A stretch of 64,000 bases of DNA from Eledone cirrhosa (Eukaryota), in contig OZ024741.1 in the NCBI GenBank assembly GCA_964016885.1, positions 310,806,001-310,870,000 of the forward strand, given 5' to 3'. The notes under the pieces are model-generated. The model saw only the letters and a program-made list of their open reading frames with translations. It had not been told where the DNA came from and did not search any database. The position numbers were made by a program, and so were the translations under genes. This document shows, one piece after another, positions 1-12,315 of this stretch. Numbering within the stretch: position 1 is the first letter of the stretch; the number at the start of each line of letters is the position of its first letter.

Positions 1-341
1 CCCCCATAATACTCTTGATTTCCCGCTTAAAGTGCTTGTATTACATATAACACCCTACCGCACTATAATCTTATATAAATAAGACACACGTGCATGCCCC
101 GCGTGTAACTATTGCATACACTAACTACTTCAAACTATCCTCTTGCTTTATCTTCGTAAACTGCCAATGTTGTATTTTAACTTTAATTTTGTCCTTTAAT
201 ATGACTTTAATCTTTGAATGTAAATTGCCATGCTAAAATATTGTAATGGATGTCAACCCACTGTGCATCAATATATACATATGTTTATGTATGTCTCTTA
301 TGTTGAAAAGGAGGTCATGTATGTAAACAATCATTGAAAAA

Positions 342-390
342 TTGCTCCGAAGACGCCAAACCTCGGTTTGGAAGAAACAATTGTAAGCGA
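342..390 (+). ncRNA. Degenerate minimal type I hammerhead ribozyme (Penelope pLTR type)
   Basis: UUGCU-CCGAAGA-cgCCAAAC cucg GUUUGGaa-GAAA-CAAUUG-UA-AGCGA. Stem III is palindromic (ACAAUUGU), the triplet is GUA and AATAAA follows. The core has U4C and the base of stem II is mispaired. Confidence 0.6.
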
Positions 391-617
391 ATAAATGGTT
401 TAAACAGAACTTTGATTCATGTAATTTCTATATAACTGCTCTGTAGAACAACTGATGTTATTACATTGAGCTATTTATCTTACTGGTAATAAGGTAGTAA
501 TAAATTACTGTCTTTCACTATTTAGGGTTTAAAATATATATAACTATAAAATGTTTTAGTATATACATAACCATAAATAGTATCCTTAATACTATATATA
601 TATATATATATATATAT

Positions 618-1006
618 TTCGTTTCTGAATTTGTTCAGCAAGATTCTATACCTGAAAACGTGTGTTGAAACCGATATTGTTATACTTTGGGAGGGTCATG
701 TTGCCAATAAGAAACACCCGCACCAGCTGCTTTCACTTCAATTTATTATAATAAATCTATAAATTTAGGAATTTATAAATTTCCGGTTGGTTGGTTGGTT
801 GGTTCCATAATCAGATGGTTGTTTATATATTGTCAAAGTTATTTCGTCACACATTCTGTGACCTCTTCAGTGACTGGGAATTCTTTTCTTTGTTTTTGTG
901 CCTCTCCTTTGTTCTGTCCTACGCCATTTTTGAAAATTATAATAAATTGAAGTGAAAGCAACTGGTGCGTGTGTTTCTTATTGGCAACATGACCCTCCCA
1001 AAGTAT

Positions 1007-1014
<8 letters not shown>
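618..1014 (-). mobile_element. Solo pseudo-LTR of a Penelope-like element with an inverted terminal copy
   Basis: Homologous to 1868-2185 and to the 3' pLTR at 48470-48728. 674-753 is inverted at ~936-1014. Flanked by (TA)n on both sides. Confidence 0.75.
832..874 (-). ncRNA. Hammerhead ribozyme, decayed copy
   Basis: GUCA-CUGAAGA-gGUCACA gaaug UGUGAC-GAAA-UAAC-UU-UGAC; stem III is mismatched. Confidence 0.55.
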
Positions 1015-1049
<35 letters not shown>

Positions 1050-1050
<1 letters not shown>

Positions 1051-1620
1051 GTTATTCCGGGTTGAATCGGAGGTAACCACAGTAAGTAAGGTACTCAATA
1101 CATAGCAGAGTATAACAGTTTTAATATAGATGAGATTCTACAGGACTAGAACTGTTTCATTCATTAGAAATCATCAGGAATCTGGGTATCAAAAAATAAA
1201 TATGGTATTTATAGGTCTCTACAAGTGGTAGGAGAGGGTGGGGAGTGGGATGGGTGCAGGTCATTGGTTGATAGAAAAGGGAATTCATTAAAAGCTAATT
1301 CTACAAAGCTATAGTTTATTTTTATTTTTATTTTTATTTATTTATGTTTTTAGAGTAACAAGGGCAGACAGAATTCTATAAACAGGTTCCGGATGGCATA
1401 CCATTCCTTGTCAATAAGTTTCTCTTAAGCTAACAGATGTCTATAAAATCAGTGGGGGGTCAGTCATGGTCGATAGAATTAAAGAAAAGGGAGATTCTTT
1501 AAAAGCTAAAGTCATTAAGGTTCTACTAAGTGACAAAGGTCTAGAGAATTCTGCAGACAGATTCAAAATACTGAGTGCATATCTTACTATTATCTTCGAA
1601 CTTCTCTTAAACTAATCAAC
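1050..1620 (-). mobile_element. Probable Penelope-like pLTR/3' remnant (second family)
   Basis: Carries a hammerhead and a TATTGAGTAC motif, and abuts (TA)n. No coding homology recognised. Confidence 0.5.
1133..1183 (-). ncRNA. Type I hammerhead ribozyme
   Basis: AGAUUC-CUGAUGA-uUUC uaau GAAu-GAAA-CAG uucuaguc CUG-UA-GAAUCU. Intact core, 6-bp stem I, GUA triplet, weak stem II. Confidence 0.75.
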
Positions 1621-1689
1621 TAATGCCAAAAATCAACAGACACATTCACAAAAAAACAAAAAAACACATACTCACTCACACACTTACGC

Positions 1690-1826
1690 GCAACCATAAA
1701 CACACACACAAACACATATACACACATAAAAACACACACACATATATACAAAATATATAAATATATATTCATGTACACACAAATACATACACACATACAT
1801 ACATACATACATATATAATACATATA

Positions 1827-1867
<41 letters not shown>
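1690..1867. repeat. (CA)/(TA)/(CATA) microsatellite
   Basis: Directly visible. Confidence 0.95.
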
Positions 1868-2185
1868 TTCGTTTCTGAATTTGTTTAGCAAGATTCTTTA
1901 TCTGAAATCGTGTGTTGAAACCGATATTGTTATACTTTGGGAGGGTCATGTTGCCAATAAGAAACACACGCACCAGTTGCTTTCACTTCAATTTAATTTA
2001 ATATATATTTATAAATTTACAAATTTATAAATTTCTGATTGGTTGGTTGGTTCCACAACCAGCTAGTTGTTTATATATATATAGTCATAGTTCTTTCGTC
2101 ACACACTCTGTGACCTCTTCAGTGACTGAGGATTTCTTTCTTCGTTTCTGTGCCTTTCCTTTCTTCTATCCTACGCCATTTTGTT
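1868..2185 (-). mobile_element. Solo pseudo-LTR of a Penelope-like element
   Basis: Near-identical to 48470-48728, which lies downstream of the RT/GIY-YIG ORF. Confidence 0.8.
2083..2127 (-). ncRNA. Minimal type I hammerhead ribozyme
   Basis: AGUCA-CUGAAGA-gGUCACA gagug UGUGAC-GAAA-GAAC-UA-UGACU. Confidence 0.75.
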
Positions 2186-2240
2186 TATATATATATATAT
2201 ATATACATATAAAAATATATACACATATATACACACACAC

Positions 2241-2327
<87 letters not shown>

Positions 2328-2500
2328 TATATACACACAGATACACACACACACATACACATACATACACACACACACACATATATACACAAATAAATAC
2401 ACTCACACGCATACATACCAACACGAGTATACAAGTATATACACACAAATACATATAGACATATATACATACACATACACAGACACATATACACACACAA

Positions 2501-2585
<85 letters not shown>

Positions 2586-2722
2586 TATATATATATACAC
2601 ACATACACACATACATACATACACATACATACATACACACACATACGTATACATATATATATATATACATATATATACACACATACACATACACATATAT
2701 ATATACATACACATATATACAC

Positions 2723-2761
<39 letters not shown>

Positions 2762-2920
2762 CATATATACATATATACATACACATACATACACACACAC
2801 ATACATACACATACATACAAATACACACACATATATATATACACGCACACACATATATATACACACACACATATATATACACACACACACACATGCACAT
2901 GCATATGTATAAATATCTAT

Positions 2921-2994
<74 letters not shown>

Positions 2995-3088
2995 ATACAT
3001 ATACAAATATACACATACATACACATACCTATACAGAAATATACACATATATATACAGACATATAACGCATATATACACACACATATG

Positions 3089-3154
<66 letters not shown>

Positions 3155-3221
3155 CACACACGCGCATACACACATACACACACACACACACACAAATATA
3201 TATACACACTCTCTCACGCAC

Positions 3222-3272
<51 letters not shown>

Positions 3273-3446
3273 TATATACATATATACATATATACACATA
3301 CATACACACACATACATACATACACACATACACATACACAGACACATATATATACATATATTTACACATATATATATACACACATACGCACACACACACA
3401 TACATATATATATACATATATATACATATACACATATATACATATA

Positions 3447-3502
<56 letters not shown>

Positions 3503-3549
3503 TACACACAAATACATACACATATATATATATATAAATACATACAAAT

Positions 3550-3599
<50 letters not shown>

Positions 3600-3730
3600 C
3601 TGCCCACACAACTATATACATATATATACACATATATACACATACATATACATATATATATATACATATATATATACATATATATATATATACATATATA
3701 TACACACACACACAGCACACACATACATAC

Positions 3731-3765
<35 letters not shown>

Positions 3766-3811
3766 CATATACACACGCACATACACATATACATACATAT
3801 ACATATACACA

Positions 3812-3853
<42 letters not shown>

Positions 3854-3988
3854 CATATATATATATATACATATATATATATACACATATACACACATAT
3901 ACATACACACATACACATACACATATATATACATAAACATACATACATACATACACATACATACATACATACATACATACACATATAT

Positions 3989-4023
<35 letters not shown>

Positions 4024-4093
4024 CATATACACAAATATATACATACATATACATACATAAATATACACACATAAAACACATATACACACAAAC

Positions 4094-4150
<57 letters not shown>

Positions 4151-4190
4151 TACACATATACACACATACAAACAAATATATACACATACA
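2186..4190. repeat. 2 kb compound (TA)n/(CA)n/(CATA)n microsatellite
   Basis: Directly visible; it is the source of all the YIYI/CVCV pseudo-ORFs. Confidence 0.97.
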
Positions 4191-4785
4191 AGTAAATAGG
4201 TACTCAATAAATATACGCATATACGCAGGCACATAAAGACACCTCTACAGGCAGAAAATGTAGATACGAAAGAGGTACTCACATAACCATAGTGGCCGTA
4301 TTTCAGGTTGAGGAGGGGTGGGGGTAGGGTGGGGAGGAGGTATAGGGGCCAATAGGGGGAGGTCGTTTTTAGCCATCGGGCTTTAACACTGGCTTAAAGT
4401 GTTTGAATGTTGCAAAGTTCTTGTGCATGCAGTTCGGGCAGTGTTCAGAGAGTTTGTTCAGTAGCGGGCCCTTGGCGAATAAAATTTCGTAGCTCTCTGA
4501 AATACAAAGGTCGCAGCCCTTGTGTCCTCCGTTGTAAGAGCGCGCTTTCTGGAGTATTTTCCAATTAAGCGTGAAGGGGGTGGAGTTCCTTTTGAGGTCC
4601 CAAACGTAGGAGGCGAGTGTTGTCTGATTTGATTTATCCGGTCTTCTGAAGGAGTGGGTATGGGCATACCAACGGGTCTTAAAGTTGTTGGAGGTCATGC
4701 CGATGTAAGTTTTTTTGCAATCCTCGGTGCCTGAGATGACATCGCATTTGTATACGATGTCATTTGTGAGGCATTTGTTTTCAGT
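4190..4785 (-). mobile_element. 5'-truncated Penelope-like element: GIY-YIG endonuclease plus 3' UTR (Naiad-like C-terminus)
   Basis: ORF 4369-4815 reads IVYKC...TYIGMT..FKTRW..H...CDLCISE..I...LLNK.SE...CMH. It sits inside the microsatellite; the first ~10 aa of the ORF are microsatellite-derived. Confidence 0.85.
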
Positions 4786-4993
4786 ATGTATATATACATA
4801 CTTACATACATACATATATATTGACTAATACGGGTATTAACTCCAAGTCAACTATTATTTTGGACCTCTAGTATTAGGTTGGAGGATCAGGTATGACAGT
4901 ATTAATGAAAATGAGAAAAATATTTCAGGACAGACACGTAATTAAAGTATTCAATAAGTGAATACGATAACAAATGAGTTATTATCTTACCAG

Positions 4994-7055
4994 TGTGCAG
5001 ACATGTTCTATCCCGTCCAGGTCCATCCACGACAACCTCCACCTCATGCGATATATCATAGAGAGGGTTGGGAACGAACCCGGCTTTGGTGGGGCTCTGA
5101 TCAACTTGGATCAATCTAAGGCGTTCGATAGGGTCGACCATGGTTAACTGGATGCGGTGCTAGCGGCGGCAGTTTCGGACCCGTTTTCAGGGGCTGGATC
5201 AATGCCATGCACATCAGCCGCATCTGTTCTAGGCTCAAGGTGAACGGCTACCTCTCGGAGCCGTTCGAAATCGCGCGGTCCATCCGACAAGGGTGCCCTC
5301 TCTCCTCCCTTCTGTATGTAATGACTATAGAGCCACTGCTACGGAAGTTGGAGTTGTTGCAGGGCATCCCGTTGGAACCGGGATTGCGGAAAGCGGTGTC
5401 GGCCTACGCCGACGACGTAACAGTAATGTTGTCGACGGCCTCGGAAATCGGGGCGATCGGCACCTTACTGGAGGAGTACGAAAGGTTTACAGGGGCTAAG
5501 CTGAACCGGGACAAGTCGATCGGTCTGCAACTCAGCACGTGGAGGGGGCAGATCGATGCCTTCCGATGGCGTCGTCGGGCGCTGGACGGGGGGGGGGGCC
5601 GTGAAGTTGCTCGGGGTCTGGTTCGTACCAGACCTCCAGGTGGAAAAGAACTGGGGTGAGGTAACGAACAGGGTGTTTGCACTGACCCAGAAGTGGGCCG
5701 AGTGCAAACTGTCCCTGAAAGGTCGGGCGGAGGTGGCGAACACTTATATAGCGTCCGTCATCTACAACCGCCTGACCGTTGTGCCTTGCCCAAGGGAAAC
5801 GCTCGCCAACATGGAGTGCGCACTCTTCCAATTCCTTTGGAAGAAGCGGGCTCCTATGGTGAGGAGATCCATCTGCTGTCAACACCCTTCGAAAGGAGGG
5901 CTGGGGATGCCGTGGCTAATGATACGTAAACACGCATTAAGGCTGCGGCACCTCCAGGTATTCCTCACCGGTCAACCGGTGTGGGCCCCGTTTGTGAGGC
6001 GAGCCTTTCCCAGACTCGTCTCACTCACCGAGCTGCAATCCTTGTCAAGCAAAGACCGAGAAAACTGGGGGCCTGGCACACCGAGTGTGCCCAGGCGCTC
6101 ACGGCTCTCTGGCAGGCGGACCCGGCTGTCAGTGGAGAATCCACCTCGTCATTCTATAGAGGGCTGGTGGTTAGCAGGTGCGACGACGCCTTCGGAGAAG
6201 CCCTAGGCATGGAGGAAGACGAACTGGACAACCTGTTCGGTAGGACATTCAGCCCGGGACTCATGGATAACTTCCAGAGGTCCCTGGCCTGGCAGTGCTA
6301 CCGAGGGGCTCTTCCCGTTCGAGAAAGGCTCTACAAACACGGGCGCCCGGGTAGGGACCCTCGAAAAAGATCTGTCCCATATGCGTGTGCGACGAGGAAA
6401 CCGTTGCACACGCTTTGGTACACTGCTCGGGCATTGCCGATCTGTGGGGCTATGTCGAACAACTGCTGTCAAGGGTGGGACCGATCTGGTTGACCACCGA
6501 GTCTATTGTAACGATCAAGCCGCCTCCCCTCTTCAAAAACGAAGGAGAGGCGGTGTTTCTGTGCGTAATAGCCATGGCGAAAGAGGTTGTATGGTGGACG
6601 CGTCTGAAAGGACTGAGGTCAGAAATCTTTCTCTCTGGCCAACAACTGGTCCGTTTCTTCCGATATCATTTCGGAGGAAGGATTAGGATGGAGAGAGAGG
6701 TGCTGCACCCCAGCCGTTTTTATGAAAGATGGGTGAAAGTGGCGAGAATGGCCCGGGTGAATGGGCCTTCACATCAGACTAAAGGTGAGGAAGATGAAAG
6801 ACCAAGGGGGCACCCCCTCTCTGTGCTCCTGAGGAGAAGGGTTGCACACTTTTTTTCGGGGGTGTGCGCGACTCCCCAAGGCGCCTCCTCCATATTGAGG
6901 ATTTTGTTACAAAATTTATTTTGTTATATTTTATTTTATTTTTATACTTTTATATCTTGTTATTGCCTCCTCCATATTGAGGACGCCTTTGCATGTAAAT
7001 TCCCCCCATTGTACTTGTCCCACTTTTGATGCCCTGGTGGCAAATAAAAAGAAAG
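4994..7055 (+). mobile_element. 5'-truncated Tx1-clade (L1 superfamily) LINE with a 12-bp TSD
   Basis: RT motifs RQGCPLS and AYADD, C-terminal C..ETVAHAL..C knuckle, frameshifted. TSD TTATCTTACCAG at 4982-4993 and 7056-7067. The site is empty in U2 and U3. Confidence 0.92.
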
Positions 7056-7064
7056 TTATCTTAC

Positions 7065-7128
7065 CAGCTGCTGAAGTTGACTGCCATGTTAATAATTTAA
7101 TAAATCCAGCAATAGAAAGGCAGGACAT
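7065..7128 (-). CDS. Probable first coding (signal-peptide) exon of a host gene, copy 1
   Basis: ATG, MSCLSIAGFIKLLTWQSTSAA plus 1 nt, then CTG|GTAAG phase-1 donor. Conserved in all three units. Confidence 0.5.
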
Positions 7129-7532
7129 TGCAAGCCGAGTTAAATTAAAAATCGAAAGTGAGGAAAATTCAGCTGTTTTATATTTTGTCACGACGTTGAT
7201 AACAGAATTATCGTTAGCGTTAAGTGTCACGAGACGGCGTGTGCACCCTTTGTGCTAAACTTCAGTAGATTACTCATGTTCTATTTCACTATATAATATG
7301 TTTATGAGGTGATGACTGTTTTAGATTTAGTGTTATACATATATTTATTTATTTATTGATACAGAATGGGAAAAGAAATAATCTCGGCATTTTCAGTTCT
7401 GTCGTAGTGGACGAAACTGAGAGGAAGAAAGAGTAGAGATGTATTTTCCAGACATGCCCCGAATAGATCCAAACCACTTAAATCTGGTAAAGGTGCACAA
7501 ATATTAGATGGTGATGTTACACTATACATAAT

Positions 7533-7730
7533 TGTTTCTACTTTTGGCACAAGGCCAGCAATTACCCAGTACATTTCTGGTACTTTATTTTATCGACCCT
7601 GTAAGGATGAAAGGCAAAGTTAACCTCGACGGGATGTGAACTCAGACTGTTACACTATACATAATTGTTTCTACTTTAGGCACAAGGCCAGCAAATTATC
7701 CAGTGCATTACTGGTACTTTATTTTATACA
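7533..7730 (-). mobile_element. Two nested 5'-truncated SINEs
   Basis: Reverse complement of the SINE 3' part. 18-bp TSD TGTTACACTATACATAAT at 7515-7532 and 7648-7665. Also present at ~28812-29010 and ~55240-55435. Confidence 0.8.
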
Positions 7731-7779
7731 TAATGACAATCTTTCTGTTTCAGGGAACGGTTATTATTATTGGACGTAC

Positions 7780-7847
7780 GTGGTCGATAAAATAAAGTAC
7801 CAATAATGTACTGGGTAATTGCTGGCCTTGTGCCTAAAGTATAAACA
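7780..7847 (+). mobile_element. Truncated SINE insertion (U1-specific)
   Basis: TSD ATTATTGGRCGTAC at 7766-7779 and 7848-7861; absent at 29041-29060. Confidence 0.8.
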
Positions 7848-7853
7848 ATTATT

Positions 7854-10310
7854 GGGCGTACATGTGTGAAAACATTACAAGTCTGCGGGAGAAAAATTTC
7901 GTAATTTTAAGCTGTTTTAAAATAATATTTTTTGTATTTTCTTGTCGATAACGGTGCATAAGGTACCCACTCTGGTTCGAAGGGGAGAAGACCTCTCAAT
8001 ATTCGAGCTTTAAGCCCGAATGTTCGGATTTATTAAAAAAAAAACTTTGAAAAAATCACCCCCTCAAAAACATGGAAAATTTCGACCTTCATAACTTACA
8101 GGTCAAAAGGTCAAAACCAGCGACTAGAGCTGCCACTACTACTACTAATCCTACCATAAACATGTACGATATGTCTGTTGTCAACCCTACTTAACAAGAC
8201 AAGCGTGCGGTTAACAACACAGTATCGCCTTCAGCCGACATCACCACCATCACGAGATAAGCGATTCCAAGCTGAAGTGTGAGGCCTTTCACCAGCACTT
8301 TGCTCGGTTGTTCGGGGAGAGTAGCGGGTCAGAGACAGTAGCGGACTTTAGTCCCCACCCTGACGGCTTGCCGCGCATCTCGACGGTTTACGCTGAGTGC
8401 TGCGAAAGGCCGATTACTACAGCCGAAATTCAGGACGCCCTTGACGGCTGCACGAGGCACAAGCCACCCGGTTTGCATGGCCTGCCCTATGAGCTTTACG
8501 TAAATATGCCAGACTTGTTCTCCGATCTCCTCGAAGCGCTCTACTGCAACTGGAAGCAGAATGGGAGCATTCCCAGTTCTGTGAGCAGGGGAGTGGTGAC
8601 TGATAAGGAAAGACGAGAACAAGAGTAATACATGCAGGCCCATAACTCTGCTCAACACAGAGTTTAAGATTTGGGCCAAGGTGTTAGCAAAGAGGTTAGT
8701 GCTTGTCGTCGAATATTTGGTTGGGGAGGCGTAAATTTGCACAATCTCAACCAGGTCCATCCATGACAACCTTCACCTCATGCGATACATCATAGAGAGG
8801 GTAGGCTGCAAACCAGGCTTGGGTGGGGCACTGATCAATTTAGATCAATCGAAAGCATTCTATAGGGTCGATCATCGGTACCTGGAGGTTGTCCTCAAGG
8901 CAGGTGGCTTCGGCCCCGTCTTCAGAAGCTGGATCACTGCAATGCACATCGGCATCTGCTCGGTGGTCAAGGTTAAGGGCCACTCTTGGAACCGTTTCAG
9001 GTCTCCAGATCGGACCGTCATGGGTGCCCTCTCTCTTCCCTTCTGTACGTATTGATGACTCTCGAGCCTTTACTGCGGAAGCTGGAGCTGTTGCAGGGCA
9101 TCCCTCTCGAACCGGGTGCGGAAATGCTGTGTCGGCTTATTCGCACGACATCACCGTGATGGTGTCGGACACCTCGGAAATCGAGGTGGTCGGCATATTA
9201 TTGAAGGAATATGAAAGGTTGACGGGAGCAAATCTTAATCCGGAAAAGCGGGTGAGCTTGCAGCTCGGCACCTGGAGAGGCAAGTCCACACCGTCTAACA
9301 GTGTCGTGGGGTGCTGGACGCACGGACAGGTTAAATTGATCGGAGTTTGGTTCGGACCAGACCTCCAGGTGGAAAAGAATTGGGACGAGGTAACAAGCAG
9401 GGTAGCCAGTCTCACCCACAAGTTTGCTGCGAGGATGCTATCACTGAAAGGTCACGCGGAGGTAGTGAATGCGTAATTCGCGTCCGTGATCTACCGCCTG
9501 AACGGCGTGCCTTGCCCCGTCCGCGCCTTGCCAAGTTGGAACGGCTCCTCTTCAAATTCTTGTGGTGGCGACAAGTCATGTTGGTGAGCCGGTCCATCTG
9601 ATGCCAGCACCCTCTACGTGGAGTGTTGGGCATGCTTTGACTAATGATGCGCAGACATTCGCTGAGGCTGCCACATCTCCAGACATTCTGTCTAAATGGT
9701 GAATAGGTGTGGTCACTGTTTATTAGAATCTCGAGTTCTATAGAGGATTAGTGGTGGGTAAGTACGACGACACACTCAGAGAGGCTCTGGCTTCGACGAA
9801 ATCAAACTGAGCAGCCTGTTCCGGAGGACTTTTGAGCCGGGGACGATGGATAACTCTCAGAAATCCCTCGCTTGGCAGTGCTACCGGGGGGCACTGCCGG
9901 TTGGATATAAGCTCTACAGGCACGGAAGTGCTCTCAGACGGATCTGCCCGAGATGCGAACAGAGCGATGAAACCGTTCTGCACGCACTTGTCCAATGTCC
10001 GAGCATTACTGACTCGTGGAATTATGGCGAATCGCGGTTGTTGCGTGTAGAACGGATCCAGCAATCGGCCGGGTCCGTAGTGAAGATCGATCCGCCGCTT
10101 TCCTTTTTGCCAGGAAGAGCAGGCAATTTTCCTCTGTCAGGTGGCAGTTACGAAAGAGGTTGTATGGTTGACCAGATTGAAAGGACTGAAGACAGTCACT
10201 TTTATCTTCGGCCAATCCCGCATCAACTTCTTCAAGTTTCACCTGAAAAGAAAGTGAGGGTGGAGAGAGAAGTGCCCCTTCTCCCCAGTACATTTGCTAA
10301 AAGGTGGAGG
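7854..10310 (+). mobile_element. Decayed Tx1-clade LINE family A (internally deleted)
   Basis: ORF1 start at 8092 is fused at ~8252 to ORF2 (PGLHGLPYELY, LDQSKAF.RVD, CPRC..ETVLH); stops and frameshifts. Confidence 0.9.
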
Positions 10311-12300
10311 AATGCAAAAACATCACAGCTTCTCACTCCAAAATCGAAATCAAATGGTAAAGGCTGCATGGAGAGGTGCAGCAACACCAGCTCCATCACC
10401 ATCACCACCACAAGCATCACCACCATCAACAACCATAACACCACCAGCAACACCAAAAACGCTAACATCAAAAACACAACAAAGCGCACACACCCAACTG
10501 CAACTACAAGGAAACAGCATCCCCTCCCCGCAAAAAAGGTACACTGGCATAAACATTGCACACAAAGGATTAATGGAACATATAAAACAGCACACAATTA
10601 CTTCACCCCACCAACACCAAGAACATTACCAACAAATATTACAATTGTCGAAATTAAACCTGATGACTATAAACAATTAAAACAAAAACTTTCCCAACTG
10701 CATTGGGGATTTCATGGAGTCATTACTCAAAGAATCTATACAGATATCGTCTTGGAGACACCCATGACCAGCCGAAGGGACGATTCTAATGTCCCTTCCC
10801 CACACCATCAAGGTAAGAGATCCTTTCTCCCTTATCCCGTTCCTCACCCATATGGCCGTACTCTGCATAGGCAGTGTAAATGTACGTGGCCTGGAGTCAT
10901 CTTGGAAGCAGGTCACTTGCTCAACGATCTCAGGTCACTAAACATAGGCGTGGTGGCCGTCAGTGAGACCAGAATCTCCGAAGCACGAGACTTCGCACCG
11001 ATCTTCGGCGGCTACGATATATACGTATCTCCCAGCCGTCCAGGATCGGGGGGGAGGAGTTGCTGTGCTTTTTCGGAGAGGCTTGGATCTCGCCATACGG
11101 GCCATCCTCCTGGACCCAGAAGGTAAGTAGATGGTGCTGGACGTGACCGGCAGCGAAGGCAATGCTTTCAGGCTAGTAGCCGTCTACGCCACAACAGGAC
11201 AAGGACGGCTAGATTTCTTCAGACGTCTAGAGACCTTTCTTGGAACGTCCTGCTCTTAAGTGTTAGTGGGCGACTGAAACGGTATTAGATGGACGCTGGG
11301 ATTATGTGGGGCTAGTAGACAGGGCAGGAGGGTGTAAAAGCCTCAACAACCTGCTTAGACGTTTTAAACTGTCTGACAGGTATCGACTGGATTATCCGAA
11401 CGTGCCAATGTGGCTTTGGGGAAAACTCATCGGGTCATCCAGATCGTATTTAGATAGGGTATTTTGTAGGGAAACAGATAAAGCTAGTGTAGGTTGTCCA
11501 CAATTTAAAGTAGTCGAGTACACGGACCACAAATATTGCCGGTTCGGGATAAGCTCTACAGGCACGGAGGTGCTGTCAACCGAGCCTGTCCGAGATGCAC
11601 GCAGGGTGACGAAACCGTGCTGCACGCACTCCTTCTGTGCCCGAGGATTGCTGACTTGTGGAGCTATGTCGAACAGCTGCTGTCGCGTGTAGGTTGGATC
11701 CGGTTATAGAGTGAGTCCATTGTACAGATAGCCCCGCCATCCCCCTTTAAAGAGGAGGAAGGGCAGCCAGTTTTCATCTGCCCGGTGGCCATGGCGAAAG
11801 AGATTGTGCGGTGGACAAGGTTGAAAGGGTTGAAGACGGACACTTTTTCAAGTTTCACTTGAAGAGGAAAATCAGGGTGGAGAGGCAGGTGCTGTCTTCT
11901 AGCAAGTTCGTTGAAAGGTGGGTGAATGTAGCGAGAAAGGTCCGAGTGGACGGGACCGCTCTGAATATACGCTTGTAGCTTGAGGAATGGGAAAAAACAG
12001 AGAGAGGACGCTTGCCTTGGTGGTCAGGGTTGTCGTGGTCTTTTGTGTGGTACTCGCCCCGTGTAACCCTCGGAGGTTTCCCCCATATTGAGGAATTTTT
12101 CATTGTTTGAACTTTCATTTTTATTGTTTATATATATATATATGTTTCTATGTATTTTTTTTATTTTTCGTTTCTTATATAAATAATAAAAAGCTTTACA
12201 CGCACAAAACCCACATCGTACCGTCCTGTACCGTCCTGTACCGTCCTGTGCCGTCTGTGATGTTTTTCTTGATGTCAGCCCTTGTGGCCAATAAATAAAT
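10311..12300 (+). mobile_element. Decayed Tx1-clade LINE family B
   Basis: Thr/Lys-rich ORF1 tail, APE motifs (VAVSETR, SRSYLDR), ~2.1 kb deletion at ~11535, 3' UTR ending AATAAA then (ATT)n. Confidence 0.9.
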
Positions 12301-12315
12301 CATTATTATTATTAT

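Noticed and set aside
1620-4282. Many long overlapping ORFs ([12 protein letters not shown])
   Set aside because: They are translations of TA/CA microsatellites, which lack stop codons.
7260-7860. snRNA/tRNA/5S gene as the Tx1 target (Keno/Dewa/Mutsu-like)
   Set aside because: No recognisable small-RNA gene sequence at any Tx1 junction; the junctions are (ATT)n. The hairpin at ~7390-7420 has GAAA but no CUGANGA core.
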